Shown in pieces: positions 40,378 to 55,135 of a stretch of DNA of 64,000 nt. Positions within the stretch are counted from its first letter, which is position 1. Every line of letters begins with the position of its first letter. Source of the DNA: Octopus vulgaris (Eukaryota); contig OX597831.1 in assembly GCA_951406725.2 (NCBI GenBank), forward strand, positions 40,672,001 to 40,736,000. The letters run 5' to 3'. The translations under genes and the position numbers were made by a program. Under the pieces are notes generated by a model, which worked only from the letters and a program-made list of their open reading frames with translations, was not told where the DNA came from and did no database searches.

Positions 40378-40662
40378 GAGGCGCAATGGCCCAGTGGTTA
40401 GGGCAGCGGATTCGCGGTGGTAGGATCGCGGTTTCGATTCCGAGACTGGGCGTTGTGAGTGTTTATTGAGCGAAAACACCTAAAAAGCTCCACGAGGCTC
40501 CGGCAGGGGGTGCTGATCCCTGCTGTACTCTTTCACCACTCTTTCTCCCACTCTTCCTTTTGTTGGCCTGCCCGCTTAGCCAGCGGGGTGGCGTCATTCG
40601 AAGGCTAAAACAATGCGATCGCATTGTGACCAGCGATGTGTAACAACATCTGATGGTCTGGT
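40376..40662 (+). mobile_element. SINE family C (tail variant 3)
   Basis: Matches 33626-33927. Confidence 0.9.
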
Positions 40663-40691
40663 ATATATGTATGTATATATATATATATATA

Positions 40692-40742
<51 letters not shown>

Positions 40743-41076
40743 GTATATATAACCAAAGGTATGTATGTGCATTCCTTTGGTTGTGCATGACTACGTTAGA
40801 CAAAACTTACAGAACTCCATATGTGATAACATCCTGGGGTACGTGTGTTTGTGTTCATGCGTACGTACCCGTATTTATATTTCCATACCAACTTGTCTTC
40901 ATGAACACACACATAAGTGTATGTATGTATGTATGTATGCATGTATGTATGTATGTATGTATGTATGTATGTATGTATGTATGTACGTACGTGCATACAC
41001 ACACACGTTTATTATAATTATTTGCTTGAGCATTTTAATATTAGTGGCTGTAGACGAGTGGGGTATAAGCCATTAT

Positions 41077-41172
<96 letters not shown>

Positions 41173-41174
41173 TT

Positions 41175-41398
41175 ACTCTTACTCTTTACTCTTTTACTTG
41201 TTTCACTCATTTGACTGTGGCCATGCTGGAGCACCGCCTTTAGTCGAGCAAATCGACCCCAGGACTTATTCTTTGTAAGCCTAGTACTTATTCTATCGGT
41301 CTCTTTACCGAACCGCTAGGTTACGGGGACGTAAACACACCAACATCGGTTGTCAAGCGATGTTGGGGGGACAAACACAGGCACACAAACATACACAA

Positions 41399-41433
<35 letters not shown>

Positions 41434-41545
41434 CATATATACGACAGGCTTCTTTCAGTTTCCGTCTACCAAATCCACTCACAAGGTTATAGTAGAAGAC
41501 ACTGGCCGAAGGTGCCACGCAGTGGGATTGAACCCGGATTCGCAC
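41175..41545 (-). mobile_element. SINE family A
   Basis: Reverse match to the family consensus. Confidence 0.85.
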
Positions 41546-41799
41546 ATGAGAGTAGGGTTCTAGTAGGCATATGTGCATTTATAGGGATACGTGTCTTTTC
41601 CTGTATGTGTGCTCACTCGTCTGTATATGTACATATACGTAAGTGTTTCTACAGGTGTAAACATATATTTCAAAGTAGTGCTCCAGCAATGCCGTAGTAT
41701 GATGATTGAAATGATTTAAAGGTAACAGGAATGTGTTTATACGCAACTTACATTCGTAAATTTATGTATGAGTGTACCCTCATATATATATATATATAT

Positions 41800-42274
41800 G
41801 ACCTCCTTCGGTCATGAATGACCATGGAATTGCACCTAGAAAATAACCCTCCGAGGCACAAGTCTGGGCAAGGTTGTTTATGGAAGACCAGCAGTCGCCC
41901 ATGCATATTGGCCTCCCCTCTCCACGCCACCGATTTTATCGAAGGGAACGGCAAAGGCCGATACAGCTTGGCACCCCTGACGTCGCAGCTCATTTATTAA
42001 CGTGTACCCTTAACGTAGTTCTCGCGGAGATTCAGCGTGACACAGAGTGCGACAAGGCTGGTCCTTTGAAATACAGGTACATCAGAAACAGGAAGAAAGA
42101 GTGAGAGAAAGTTGTGGCGAAAGAGTGCAGCAGGGTTCATCACCCGCCCCCTGCTGTACTCTTTCACCACAACTGTTTTCGCTCAATAAACACTCACAAT
42201 GCCCGGTCTGGGAATCGAAACCGCGATCCTACGACCGCGAGTCCGCTGCCCTAACCACTGGGCCATTGCGCCTC

Positions 42275-42276
<2 letters not shown>
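41800..42276 (-). mobile_element. SINE family C joined to a SINE family B 3' part
   Basis: 42000-42276 matches 15740-16002; 41800-41995 matches 10380-10587. Confidence 0.8.
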
Positions 42277-42313
<37 letters not shown>

Positions 42314-42531
42314 CCATCCATCTATCTATACATACATACATACATATATACATACATACGTATATATCTGCGTTTGTGTGTGTGTGTGTATATATGTATA
42401 TATATATATATATATATGAGGCAAATAAGAAAATGGAGAGGATAAACAATCGAAAAATACCAGACAGTAAACATTCAATTATATCTATCTATTAATTGAT
42501 TACAAATATATGTGTAAGCGATCCATGTAAA

Positions 42532-42986
42532 CCATAACCATATGTGCGCAACATGGTGATCTCATATCAAGATAAACAGCGCATGACCTTGCAGGTGGAG
42601 CCCAATTAGAATTTTCTTTTGGTCGAGTAGCCCATTCCGCTCTAAAAGTCCCTGAATAAGGATTGTTTAAGGATGTTGAACGAACCACTCATGTTTCCAA
42701 AAGTGAATTATCCAAACCTCTCAGAATCCATTTCAACACACGGCTATGATGCTCCCCCCCTACACTGCTTCTGCTCGTGGTCAGAGATGCACACATCATC
42801 AGCCACTAAGGGACATGGTCATCTGGCTAAGGTCAAAAAACTGAAAAGCGAATCTGTGGTATTGAGCAGAATATTTACCGTAGCCCATCTTATATACCAA
42901 GACAAAACAATGTATATGATAACACTTCCTATCAGTTAAGCTCAGAAACCATGAGAGCCACGGCCTGGCACTGCATCAGGGCACTT
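42532..42986 (+). mobile_element. Unclassified (TTA)n-tailed retroposon, truncated copy
   Basis: Matches 26242-26690 in reverse. Confidence 0.75.
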
Positions 42987-43363
42987 TATTATTATTATTA
43001 TTAGTAGTAGTAGTAGTAGTAGTAGTAGTTGTTGTTGTTGTTGTTGTTGTTGTATTTAACTTCTAGAACTGAGGCAGTGATATACAGTTTTTAGAGTGTA
43101 TTTCAAGATAAGCAACAAAACATTTTGTAGTGGATTAAACCGCATCTTTGTATATACTTCAATTGAATAAAGCTAGAGCCGTATTCAAGTGAAGTGGATT
43201 GATGAATGTATTTTTGTATATGAGAGTGTGTCTGTCTGTCTCTCTGTCTCACTGTAGGTATGTATGTATGTATGTATGTATGTATGTATGTATGTATGCA
43301 TGTATGCATGTATGCTTATACGTACAGGCCTGTAGGAATGTAAGTTGTTATGTATATACATAC

Positions 43364-43411
<48 letters not shown>

Positions 43412-43412
<1 letters not shown>

Positions 43413-43765
43413 TACGGAGATGTACTTGGATAGCAAGTGACCTGATCTGAGATTGTGTGCTCGAACGAAAACAATTGCAGCGTGGAAGCTGTTTTTAAGC
43501 CATTTAAGAAACACACAAAAACCGTTAGATTCACTTCAACATTTAAATTTAATTTGCCAAAATATTTTCGTCGCTTTGAGACCACGACCTGTTTACTAAC
43601 AAACCTCCGTGCAGCAGGTAATTTTTGTTCAGCAGTAAGTATAGCTAGGTGTTCTGATAGGCAGAAATCACAGAGTCTATTTGCGGCGTTGTAGGAAGTT
43701 GTTTTTGTGAGTATACGCCAGTCCAAGCTAAACTCTATATTTTTATCCTTAAGTTACATATATTT
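43412..43765 (-). mobile_element. Penelope-like 3' end: GIY-YIG C-terminus plus pLTR
   Basis: KDKNIEFSLDWRILTKTTSYNAANRLCDFCLSEHLAIL fits W.IL....Y.....C.LCL.E..I; ends at (TA)n. Confidence 0.8.
43553..43603 (-). ncRNA. Type I HHR-like motif, G3-C8 core
   Basis: tttgtta GTAAACA g gtcgt ggtctcaaa gcgac GAAA atat TT tggcaaa; 7-bp stem I (2 GU), 5-bp stem II, AATATT palindrome, G5A lesion. Confidence 0.6.
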
Positions 43766-43826
43766 CGTTTTGGGATTTGGTTTGCAAGATACTTTATGTG
43801 AGTTCGTGTGTTGAAACATATTCTGT

Positions 43827-43987
43827 TGTGTCTGGGGAGAATCATTCTCTTTTAGTGCCTTATTATTTAACACACTCACCGGTAAAATTTCCACTCACTT
43901 CCTAAAATTTTCGTTGAGTCTTGCATCCTTTTCAATAGTTGTTGACTCTATAAGGCACTAAAAGAGAATGACTCTCCCCAGACACAG
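43827..43987. repeat. Inverted repeat with arms of about 37 bp beside the PLE fragment
   Basis: TGTGTCTGGGGAGAATCATTCTCTTTTAGTGCCTTAT / ATAAGGCACTAAAAGAGAATGACTCTCCCCAGACACA. Confidence 0.85.
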
Positions 43988-43988
43988 C

Positions 43989-44034
<46 letters not shown>

Positions 44035-44920
44035 ATGCATATATATTACTCTTTTACTCTTTTACTTGTTTCAGTCATTTGACTGCGGCCATGCTGGAGC
44101 ACCGCCTTTAGTCGAGCAAATCGACCCCGGGACTTATTCTTTGTAAGCCCAGTACTTATTCTATCGGTTTCTTTTGCCGAACCGCTAAGTGACGGGGACG
44201 TAAACACACCAGCATCGGGTGTCAGGCAATGCTAGGGGGACAAACACAGACACACAAACACACACACACATACATATATATATATACATATATATATATA
44301 CTAATATACATATATATATGTGCATATATATATATATATATATATACATATATGTATGTATGTGTGTGTGTGTGCATATATTTATGTGCATATATATCTG
44401 TGCATATATATATGCAAAGACATGCACACACACACAGGCGCGCGCACTCGCACACATGCGCACGCATGCACATATATATACACAATTACGAATCTGCATA
44501 TTTGATCCATTTCAGCTGAATAATGCTGCAGTTGTATTGAGCTGGAACTGGTATATGTGCGTGTATGCGTGTGTATGTGTGTGTAGGGGCATGCGTGTGT
44601 GTATGCGTATGTATGGGTGTACGTTATATGTATATGTAAATATACATACATGCACATACAGTTACATGTAAACACACACGTGTGCACGTATGTGTGTGTG
44701 TGCGTGTTTATCTGTGTGTTTGTGTGTGGATGGGTATGGTTATGGGTGCGCATATGCTTGTGTGTGCATACATATGTGTCTATATATATATATACATATA
44801 TATATATGTGTGTGTCTATATATATATTATATGCATATATATATACATCTATATACATGTATATATATTATATATATATATATATATACATCTATATACA
44901 TATATATATATGCATGTATA

Positions 44921-44970
<50 letters not shown>

Positions 44971-45272
44971 GCATATGTATATATATATATATATACATAT
45001 ATATTACATAAACACGTAAAAATGTATGTATAAAGTAAACATTATTAAGTATATTGTAAAGTCATTTAAAATTAGCAGATTAATACAGATCTGATGTTAA
45101 TCCGTGTTAAACTGCTGTTTTTCAAGATTTCATTTTATATAATTACCAATTTTTAATTGAAGAAAATATTTTCTCATGTGTGAAGTGGGTATGTGAGTGT
45201 TCGTGTGTGTGTATGCGTGTGTGAGTGTGTGTGAGTGAGTGTGTGTCTGTGTGTGTGTCTGTGTGTGTGTGT

Positions 45273-45334
<62 letters not shown>

Positions 45335-45719
45335 ATAAAACGAAAAATAGATTATCGAATATCGCTACAATTGTTTCTTTAGGAGTTTTTATTTTGGTTG
45401 CAATCGTAATTCCGGTATTTCATATTTTATACGATACATTGTGCAAATCCCATGCAAGTGGAATTACAAATGAAATTATTGATATTTAAGATGTACAAAC
45501 TAGGAGTGTCCCGCAGCAGCTCTTCGGAGATAATAATAAAGTAAAGTTTTTAAGTATAATGACTGTTATAAACATGCAGATAAAGAGATAAAAGAAAGCC
45601 TCTCACCATTCTAATTTGATATGAACCATGTTAAGAACACATGTTCGGTGCCGTAGTTTCCAATATCTTTTAAAGCATTCAAATTTTAATTAAATTTATA
45701 ATAATAAACAATAGTTTCT

Positions 45720-46135
45720 TATTTCTTTACTGCCCACAAGGGGCTACACATAGAAGGGACAAACAAGGACAGACAAACGGATTAAGTTGAATACATCACA
45801 CCAGGGCGTAACTGGTACTTATTTAATCCACCCCGAAATGATGAAAGGCAAAGTCGACCTCGGCGGAATTTGAACTCAGAACGTAACGGCAGACGAAATA
45901 TCTATTTCTTTACTACCAACAAGGGATTAAACACAGAGGGGACAAGCAAGGACAGACAAACGGATTAAGTCGATTATATCGACCCCAGTGCGTAACTGGT
46001 ACTTATTTAATCGACCCCGAAAGGATGAAAGGCAAAGTCGACCTCGGTGGAATTTAAACTCAGAACTTAACGGCAGACGAAATACCGCTAAGTATTTCGC
46101 CCGGCGTGCTAACGTTTCTGCCAGCTCGCCGCCTT
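45720..46135 (-). mobile_element. SINE family D dimer with 16-bp TSD
   Basis: ATAAACAATAGTTTCT at 45704-45719 and 46136-46151. Confidence 0.9.
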
Positions 46136-46974
46136 ATAAACAATAGTTTCTGCTACCTTATATGAATAAAGATAGCCCAGATCCGTTTATTTTGTCTTAT
46201 AGGACAGTAGGGACATTGTGTTAAACTAAGCAACTAAAACTAGGTCAAGGAGCTTTCTTTTGTACACTGATATCTATGGTATGTCACTCTTGATGTATGT
46301 ACTTTTACCGTAAAGGATTTCAAGTACTTTAAAAGTACGAAATTGTTTGTCGTTTTGAGCGTGGGCATTTAATCTTAAATGCATCTGATTTTTCATATCT
46401 GTATTTTTTATGTCTTCACAATGACCGCAATATTCTTATCTGATCACCGACTATAAACTTCATTATAACAGATAGTTCTATAAGCGTTCATTTATCTCTG
46501 GATATTGACTATCACATAGACAGGTTTCACTAATTAAGATAATCGTACACTTTTATTCGTATGTTCTTATTGCCCTACTTTCTACCTAATTTATTCAATA
46601 GATTTTCACGATCAGGTCTTTTGCTGTCATTTTGCGAAACAAGGGCTATTTTTTCTACTAATTAAGTAATTTATTTATTTACTTGTCTTTCATGCGCTAC
46701 TTCTCGGAGAATTTCCTTTAAGGCACAAACAAATTCAGTAATCTGTTATCTACTACAAGGGGCCCTGAAGTGGCTTAGTTTAATCAACGGGCTTCTTTCA
46801 ATAGCAGAGATGGCAGTAGAAGAGTCTGCCTAGCCTCGATGGAGTAAGAAAGATTTCCAGACATATTCTAAAGACGTGTTCGTTAATAAACGTCACAGTA
46901 TTCCATACCGTGTCATGCAAAAGTCTTTATATGTCAGATAAAATAAATTTCTCTTCGATATTTTAGAGATGAGG

Positions 46975-47221
46975 AATTTTGTACATTACTTACATTGGAC
47001 GAATATGTGTCCTCATCTTCTTTATTGTTTTCACAACGTTTCGTCTGATATTCTCTCCAGACTTCATCAGGTGTCCTGGTGGGATTTTGAACCCAACCCT
47101 GGGTTCTCATTCCTAAGGTATTTTCTTGATAAAATTATTATTATTTATTCAAGGCACTGCATGGAATTGAACTTGGAATCTTGGGGTTAGTAGCCCTCGC
47201 TCTTAACCACTACACTATATG

Positions 47222-47225
<4 letters not shown>
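46975..47225 (-). mobile_element. tRNA-headed, hammerhead-containing SINE-like element (complete copy)
   Basis: Head GGGCATATAGTGTAGTGGTTAAGAGC..GTTCAATTCC..GTGCCT, (AAT)n linker, then cac CTGATGA a gtctg..cagac GAAA cg TT gtg at 47032-47076. Confidence 0.8.
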
Positions 47226-47555
<330 letters not shown>

Positions 47556-47664
47556 AAAATATATTTGCCCAGCCATACGGGCAGTTATTCCTTTTACTTG
47601 ATATATTCCTTTTATATCAAGTAAAATATATTGTCCCAGGCATAACCTAGAATAACCATAACGT

Positions 47665-48190
47665 CTCGACTCCAGTGTTTCACTAGTACTTAATTTATCG
47701 ACCCCGAAAGGATGAAAGGCAAAGTCTACCTCGGCGGTATTTGAACTCAGAACGTAACGGCAAACGAAATACCGCTAAGCGTTTCGTCCGGCGTGCTAAC
47801 GTTTCTGCCAGCTCGCCGCCTTTTTTTATAACTGAATATTCTTTGGGGAAAGGGGAGCTGGTCGATTAGATCTACCCCCAATTCACAATTGGTACTTAAT
47901 TTATCGACACCAAAACGATGAAAAGCAAAGTCGACCTTGGCGAAATTTGAACTCAGAGCGTAGCGGCAGACGAAATACCCATTTCTTTACTACCCACAAG
48001 GGGCTAAACACAGAGAGGACAAACAAGGACAGACAAATGGATTAGGTCGATTATATCGATCCCAGTGCGTAACTGGTACTTATTTAATCGACCCCGAAAG
48101 GATGAAAGGCAAAGTCAACCTCGGTGGAATTTGAACTCAGAACGTAGTGGCAGACGAAATACCGCTAAGCATTTTGCCGGGCGTGCTAAA
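47665..48190 (-). mobile_element. SINE family D cluster
   Basis: Three units matching the family consensus. Confidence 0.85.
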
Positions 48191-48391
48191 TTTTGAGTGA
48201 ATATTGATGACGAAATGTTTATGGCTGCCTCTTGTGTATATCAGCATAAAAGATTTAGTCGACTCGCGCTATCTAGAAGATACTTACCGCGGTGTGGGAT
48301 TGAACACGAAATGACGTGGCTCCGAAGCGAAATTAATTATCACGCAAAAAAATAATATATGGCACAAAAAAAGTTATTAAAATATAAAATA

Positions 48392-48818
48392 CTAGCAGTA
48401 TCGCCCGGCGTTGCTCGGGTTTGTTTCGACCCTTTAAAATTGGAATTTTTGAAAATCGACCCTTTAGAAAGGGAATTTTTGAAAAGTAAAAATCTTGCAT
48501 TATGTAGCTTGTTATTCTCTTTAATTGAACATTTTTCTGGTTGAAATACACGGAAAAATGGAGACACAGCAGTCAAAAAATCGTAAAAAATAGGGATTTT
48601 CATAGAAAAAAAAGCACCTTTTTGATGTAAATAATTTTTGGTGTTAACATGGTCCGATTAAAATTTTTTCTTCTACAGAAGGAAAAGCAAGCCTTCTTCT
48701 ATCATACTCTAAATTTTGGTCAACTTGCGCCGCAGGGTCTCGGAGGAGATAGTGTTAGTTGAAGGCTACCAAACCTGCCATACACAGACAACTTCAGCTT
48801 TATATATAAAGAGAGAGA
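48392..48818 (-). mobile_element. Non-autonomous Helitron
   Basis: A|TC 5' end, subterminal hairpin CCCGAGCAACGCCGGG, CTAG|T 3' end. Confidence 0.85.
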
Positions 48819-49154
48819 TAAGTAAATTATCAAAGAGTAAAGGAAGACTGTTTTGGCAATATGAAATTCTATGAATTTTGTAATTGATTGAATTTATTAT
48901 TTAATGAAAGAACCGATGAAAGGAGAGAATAATGAGAGAAAAATGTAAAAATTGGGGAAAATATAAGACGGGAAAAATAAGTATGAATTTTATGAGAAAG
49001 AAGAGTATGAAATATGAAATACACGATAAATATATATATACAGAGAGACAAGGAGACACACACAGACATAGATATGTATATACAGACAAACAGACACATG
49101 CGCACACAGATACACATACACACACATATATATGCATACGTTCATAAATACATA

Positions 49155-49427
49155 TACTCTTTTACTTGTTTCAGTCATGTGACTGTAGCCATGCTGGAGT
49201 ACCACCTTTAGTCGAGTAAATCGACCCCAGGACTTATTCTTTGTAAGCGTAGTACTTACTCTATCAGTCTCTTTTGCCGAACCGCTAAGTTGCGGGGACG
49301 TAAACACACCACCATCGGTTGTCAAGCGATGTTGGGGGTACAAACACAGACACACAAACATATACACACACATACATACATACATACATACATACATACA
49401 TACATACATACATACATACATGCATAC

Positions 49428-49494
<67 letters not shown>

Positions 49495-49659
49495 TATATA
49501 AGGTTAATCCAAACGGGAAAACAGAAAAAACAACAACACGTGGAACAATTACAGTATTATTATTATTAGGCGCTCAGGAAAATGGAAGAAGGAGTGTATG
49601 ACGTTTCGAGCGGAGCTCTTCGTCGGAAACATAAGAGAAGGAAGAAAGAAGAAAGAAAG

Positions 49660-49733
<74 letters not shown>

Positions 49734-49900
49734 CATATATACGACGGGCTTCTTTCAGTTTCCGTCTACCAAATCCACTCACAAGGATTTGGTTGACCCG
49801 TGGCTATAGTAAAAGGCATTTGCCCAAGGTGCCACGCAGTGGTACTGAACCCGGAACAGTGTGGTTCGTAAGCAAACTACTTACCACATAGCCACTCCTT
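49155..49900 (-). mobile_element. SINE family A split by an insertion (49500-49662)
   Basis: Both halves match the consensus. Confidence 0.85.
49596..49630 (-). ncRNA. Minimal type I HHR-like motif, U4C core
   Basis: gttt CCGACGA a gagc tcc gctc GAAA cg TC atac; GUC site, ACGT stem III. Confidence 0.6.
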
Positions 49901-50027
49901 GCATATACATACGTACAAACACATGCATGCAAACATACGCACTCACAGATTATATATGTATATGTATATGCATATATATATATATGTGTGCGTGTGTGTG
50001 TGTATTATATATATATATACATACATG

Positions 50028-50135
<108 letters not shown>

Positions 50136-50383
50136 TTTGTACATATATATATATACGTATTGTAGGTTAGATTGATAGCTTTGATAAACATTAGAGATTG
50201 GGCAACCGAACCCGAGACTTATCAGTGAGATAATGGGGAAGGCTTCTTCATAACACTGAGAGAGCGAAGGAACAACGTCTGATTGATTGATAAATATTCA
50301 CGCGAGTATTTACAGGTGACGGGAGTACATTCACACACACTCTCTCTCTCACACACACACACTCTCTCTCTCACACACACACA

Positions 50384-50427
<44 letters not shown>

Positions 50428-51399
50428 CATATATACATATACATATATGCGTGTGTGTGTATACATGTATGTATGTATGTTTGTATGTCACTGTTTAGTT
50501 TTATTTCAAGATTTCTTGGTAATAGAGAAAGAGACGGCTTCTAACTTAAATCCAAAGCTCCTTCATTGGAATTTCGACATGAATAGGGTATTTTTGTTTG
50601 TTTGTACGTATGCATATGTGCAAATTTGTGTGTTTTGTTTTATGAACGTATTGTCATGCATATTGTTGCATATCTAAAGATGCTAATATATATTTAAATA
50701 ATAAACTTCTGGAAAGTATTACAGGTTTTTAAAGTTCCAGTGATGGATTGCATCTGTTGTCTTCGAAGTATGTATGTATGTATGTATGTATGTATGTATG
50801 TATGTATGTATGTATGTGTGTATTAACGTACTTCTTCCTTAACTCTACCCAACACACCAATGTTCTCTTTCTTTTAGAACATATTCTCTCACGTTGCATC
50901 TGGCTGACAAGACATAAGGGGTCAAAACACAGGCGTCTCAGATTGAAGTGCTTGAATGAGCCGATAGTGTCATGGATGGACTGTCGGTGTAAAAGGGAGA
51001 CGTTTGTCTCCAATCATATATATCACAACGACAAGCACATTATGAGTTCGAACCTACTTGGACGTATTATGAATAAATATACGAGTATCATGCAAATACT
51101 CATGCAGCTATATATGTATTTTCCGGGGTTGTGGCGGACGCCCCCAGGTGAGAAGTGGGCTGGTCCACGACTAATAAATAGTGGACACACTCAGTAAGTA
51201 GTGTCAGTCAGTGAGGTACACAGTTGGAGCCAGTCGCGCAGACAAATTACGTCGTCATAATGCAGGATGTATCAGTGGCTACGAGGATTCGGAGCTCATG
51301 CAGTGGGAAAATGTTAAAAATCCCGAGTGGGATTGGAGCTTCACACAGTGAAAATGAATATACAGAGTAAAAAATATGTAAAAATAGATTCTGAAGAAT

Positions 51400-52104
51400 T
51401 GTATTGACCATGACAGAGAAAGTTGTCATGACGACACCTGCTCAGAATCCAACAAAGTTGCAGAAAGTGTATGGAGAAAAGTGTATGAGCCGCACACAAG
51501 TGTACGAGTGGCTTAGAGGTTTCCAAGATAGCCGAAAAAATGTCGATAGCGACGAACGTTCTCGGAGGCCCGCAACCAGCAGAACTAAGAAAAACATCGC
51601 AGATGTGCCAGCAGCTGGGAGGGAAAATCGTCGAATCACCATCCATGAATAATCAGAGGATGTACAGATTAGTTACGGTTCAGTTCAGTCCATTATCACT
51701 GAAGATTTGGGTATGAGACGTGTGTCTGTCAAATTTGTGCCAAAACTGCATTCAGCTGACCAAAAAGACACTCGGGTTTCAGTTGCACAAGATCTCCTTG
51801 ATTGTGTCGAGAACGATGAAACTTTTTGAAAACTTTGCGTAGGCCTCTGAACAGGTATCATCAAGCTTTTGCCAAAATTTGTTGCAGATGGTTTGCTGAC
51901 CTTTCAGTCATGGTCAATGCGACGATCACACGCTACACATCTTCCTTCCAAGCACTGCTCTAAACAGGGTAAGTGAGCTAGAACGTTAAAACCTAGTGCA
52001 CACGCTCTATAGAGTGGAAGGTCAATCTCTACCAAGCGGTTTTATTCTGTGTGGTTCATCTTCGTTACTATAGCAACAGTCCGGATACCTATTGATCAGA
52101 TCGC

Positions 52105-52106
<2 letters not shown>
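51400..52106. mobile_element. Second copy of the fold-back mariner derivative (opposite orientation)
   Basis: LQKVYGEKCMSRTQVYEW..DERSRRP..LGMRRVSVKFVPKL; same inversion junction and TIR as 30596-31465. Confidence 0.85.
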
Positions 52107-52169
<63 letters not shown>

Positions 52170-52255
52170 CATAATTAAATCTCAGAATGAGATTGAAACA
52201 GTAATCGCTCGATAATGTAAAGTGTAGAAGCCATCTTATCATGGCTAATGTAGTG

Positions 52256-52304
<49 letters not shown>

Positions 52305-52786
52305 ACCATCATACATACGTACATATATACATATATACATAGACTTATGCGGAGTCGACCAAATATATTCAGAAGTACCGCTATAGATAAAAATACCTGT
52401 TTCGATGTTTTATCTAATTCTGATAACACCGATTACTGTAGTACGATATTTTGTCAACAGGTGACGTTATTCTCATGTCAGTAGCATCAACAAGTGACGT
52501 ATACAACATGGAGGACCTGGCCACCACTTTGAGCGTTTCGTGTGATTGTTGAGTCCAAAGGTGGGTAACTTGCATTGATCTCATGATGTCTGAATAAAAT
52601 TAGCATTAAAATATTACCCACGTGTTGGGAAGACAGCTTCTTACCACACACACACATACATTTATGATACGTGAGATATATATGTATATATATATATATA
52701 TATATACGTATATATATGTATAGAGAAATATACATACAGAAATATATTTACATATATAAACACAGAAATATATATATATATTTACG

Positions 52787-52824
<38 letters not shown>

Positions 52825-52887
52825 CGTGCGTGTGTGTGTGTGTGTGTGTGTGCGTGTGTGTGTGCGTGCGTGCGTGCGTGCGTGTGT

Positions 52888-53128
52888 GAAGGCGGATGGC
52901 TCAGTGGTTAGAGCGTCGAGCTTACGATCGTGTGGTTCTGAGTTCGAATCCCGGACCGGGCTGCGTGTTATGTTCTTGAGCAAGACACTTTATTTCACGT
53001 TGCTCCAGTTCACTCAGTTGTAGAAATGAGCTGCGACGTCACAAGTGCCAAGCTGTATCGGCCTTCGCCTTTCCCTTGGATAACATCGGTGGCGTGGAGA
53101 GGGAAGGCCGGTATGCATAGGCAACTCC
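52888..53128 (+). mobile_element. SINE family B
   Basis: A and B boxes intact; matches 6608-6835. Confidence 0.85.
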
Positions 53129-53164
53129 TTTGATCACTCCACTCTGCTTTGCTGGCGTCCCCCT

Positions 53165-53945
53165 ATTTTTAATTGTGGTGTCCCTTGTCAGAAAATCCAT
53201 CACCACTTTCCGTGCTGATCCCAAAAGACTATAAGCATCACCTTGCCTACTGAATGTTTGGCACGAGCCTTCTTCGGGGGTGGTGAGTTATCATGCTTCC
53301 ATTGTTTTGATTGAACTTTAGTCTCAGTATCGTAGTGATGGATCCATGTTTCATCCTATGTGATAAATCTGCGGATAAAGTCATCCTCATTTTCTTGACA
53401 CATTGCCAAAAGAACCTGGGAGCAACTGACTCGTTCCTGCTTCTGAAAAGATATGAAGATCCGGAGAATCCATCGTACAGACAACTTCCGCATGTGCAAA
53501 TGGTCGTGATTGATTTTTCCATGGACCCTACACTTATCTTCGCTTCTTGTGGTTGTCCAGGCATAGTAGCAGTTTCTATCGATGTCCGACCACATTTGAA
53601 CTGGCGATGCAAGTGCTTGGCTCCGTCGTATGACGGTGCATAAACTTCTTTCATCTCATAAAGTCTCTTTTGGTGTACAACTTTTCATGTATGTATGTGT
53701 GTGTGTGTGTGGGTGTATGCATGTACCTATTTATTTACGAAAGTATGTATGATCTGCATTCAACTGCCTCCATTATAACACCTTAGTCAACTTCAGTAGC
53801 CGCAAAAGACAAATACTAGTGAAAAGCTGCAGTTTACAATGTAACATGTAGAAACATGTATTATTATACCTGTACAAGTTACGTTTCCTGCAGTAACCGG
53901 AAGTGGGTCAGGGGAAAACTTTTTAACGAACACCCCACCTATGTA
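53165..53945 (-). mobile_element. Decayed mariner element with partial DD34D-type transposase
   Basis: HLHMRKLSVRWILR..RFIT*DETWIHHYDTETKVQSKQWKH (first catalytic D); TIR-like end near 53905-53945. Confidence 0.8.
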
Positions 53946-53989
53946 TGTACTTATAAGTGTGTGTGTGTGTGTGTAAGTACTCTTTTTTT

Positions 53990-54201
53990 TTTGTAATTGT
54001 TTCAGTCATTTGACTGCGGCCATGCTGGAGCGCCACCTTTAGTCGAACAAATCGACCCCGGGACTTATTCTTTGTAAGCCTAGTACTTATTCTATCGGTC
54101 TCCTTTGCCGAACCGCTAAGTAACGGGGACATAAACACACCAGCATCGGTTGTCAGGCGATGTTGGGGGACACACAGACACACAAACATATACACACACA
54201 T

Positions 54202-54246
<45 letters not shown>

Positions 54247-54410
54247 CGACGAGCTTCTTTCAGTTTCCGTCTACCAAATCCACTCACAAGGCTTTGGTCG
54301 GCCCGAGGCTATAGTAGAAGACACTTGCCCAAGATGCCACGCAGTGGGACTGAACCCGGAACCATGAGGTTGGTAAGCAAGCTACTTACCACACAGCCAT
54401 TCCTGCGCCT
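53990..54410 (-). mobile_element. SINE family A, full length
   Basis: Close to the consensus. Confidence 0.9.
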
Positions 54411-55037
54411 ATTTTATACATAAACGGCAATTTCTGTCTGTCGATCAGTCTGTTACCACATTACTGCCAACACCAGTGAACCAATCTTGACGAAAGTTTG
54501 CATGCATGTTAAACATCCAGTTCAATTATAGGCTATAATTATATAATGGGCCCCCTAGCGGGGTTGGGCTATTATTCGATAAAATGAGAATGGTTCGAAG
54601 AGTGTTAGTGTGAGGGAAATGTGGTGGATAAGTGAGTGTGGCTGATATCAAGGAAAGAGAGAACAGCTTTGTGTAAGCAATAAATATGGAGTCTCAGCTG
54701 TCATTCCCGGATATACACGCGACGCTGCATACCTACTTTCGTAAAGACACAGATACATGCATACTCACACACGTACACACACACATGCACATATACATAA
54801 CTAACTTTTAAAACGCTGAGGAAGGGAAAGAAAGGTGGGTGTGAAGAATACGTAGCTTTAACGAGAGAGGGGATAGGAGGCTTTTCTCTTGTCCATCTCA
54901 AGGAAACACTCACAGACATACACACATATATACATACATATTTATATATAAATACATACATATTTATACATACATATGTCTACTATACACCATTTTAAAC
55001 TCATGATCGTCTGTGTGTACATTTGTAAATGTTCTGT

Positions 55038-55135
<98 letters not shown>

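Noticed and set aside
50840-51360. GC-richer unique-looking island
   Set aside because: No recognisable ORF, RNA motif or repeat partner in the window; it cannot be assigned without a search.
52392-52463. TTGACAA..GAAA on minus as a U3-A8 HHR
   Set aside because: About 20 unpaired nt before the hairpin and no stem I.
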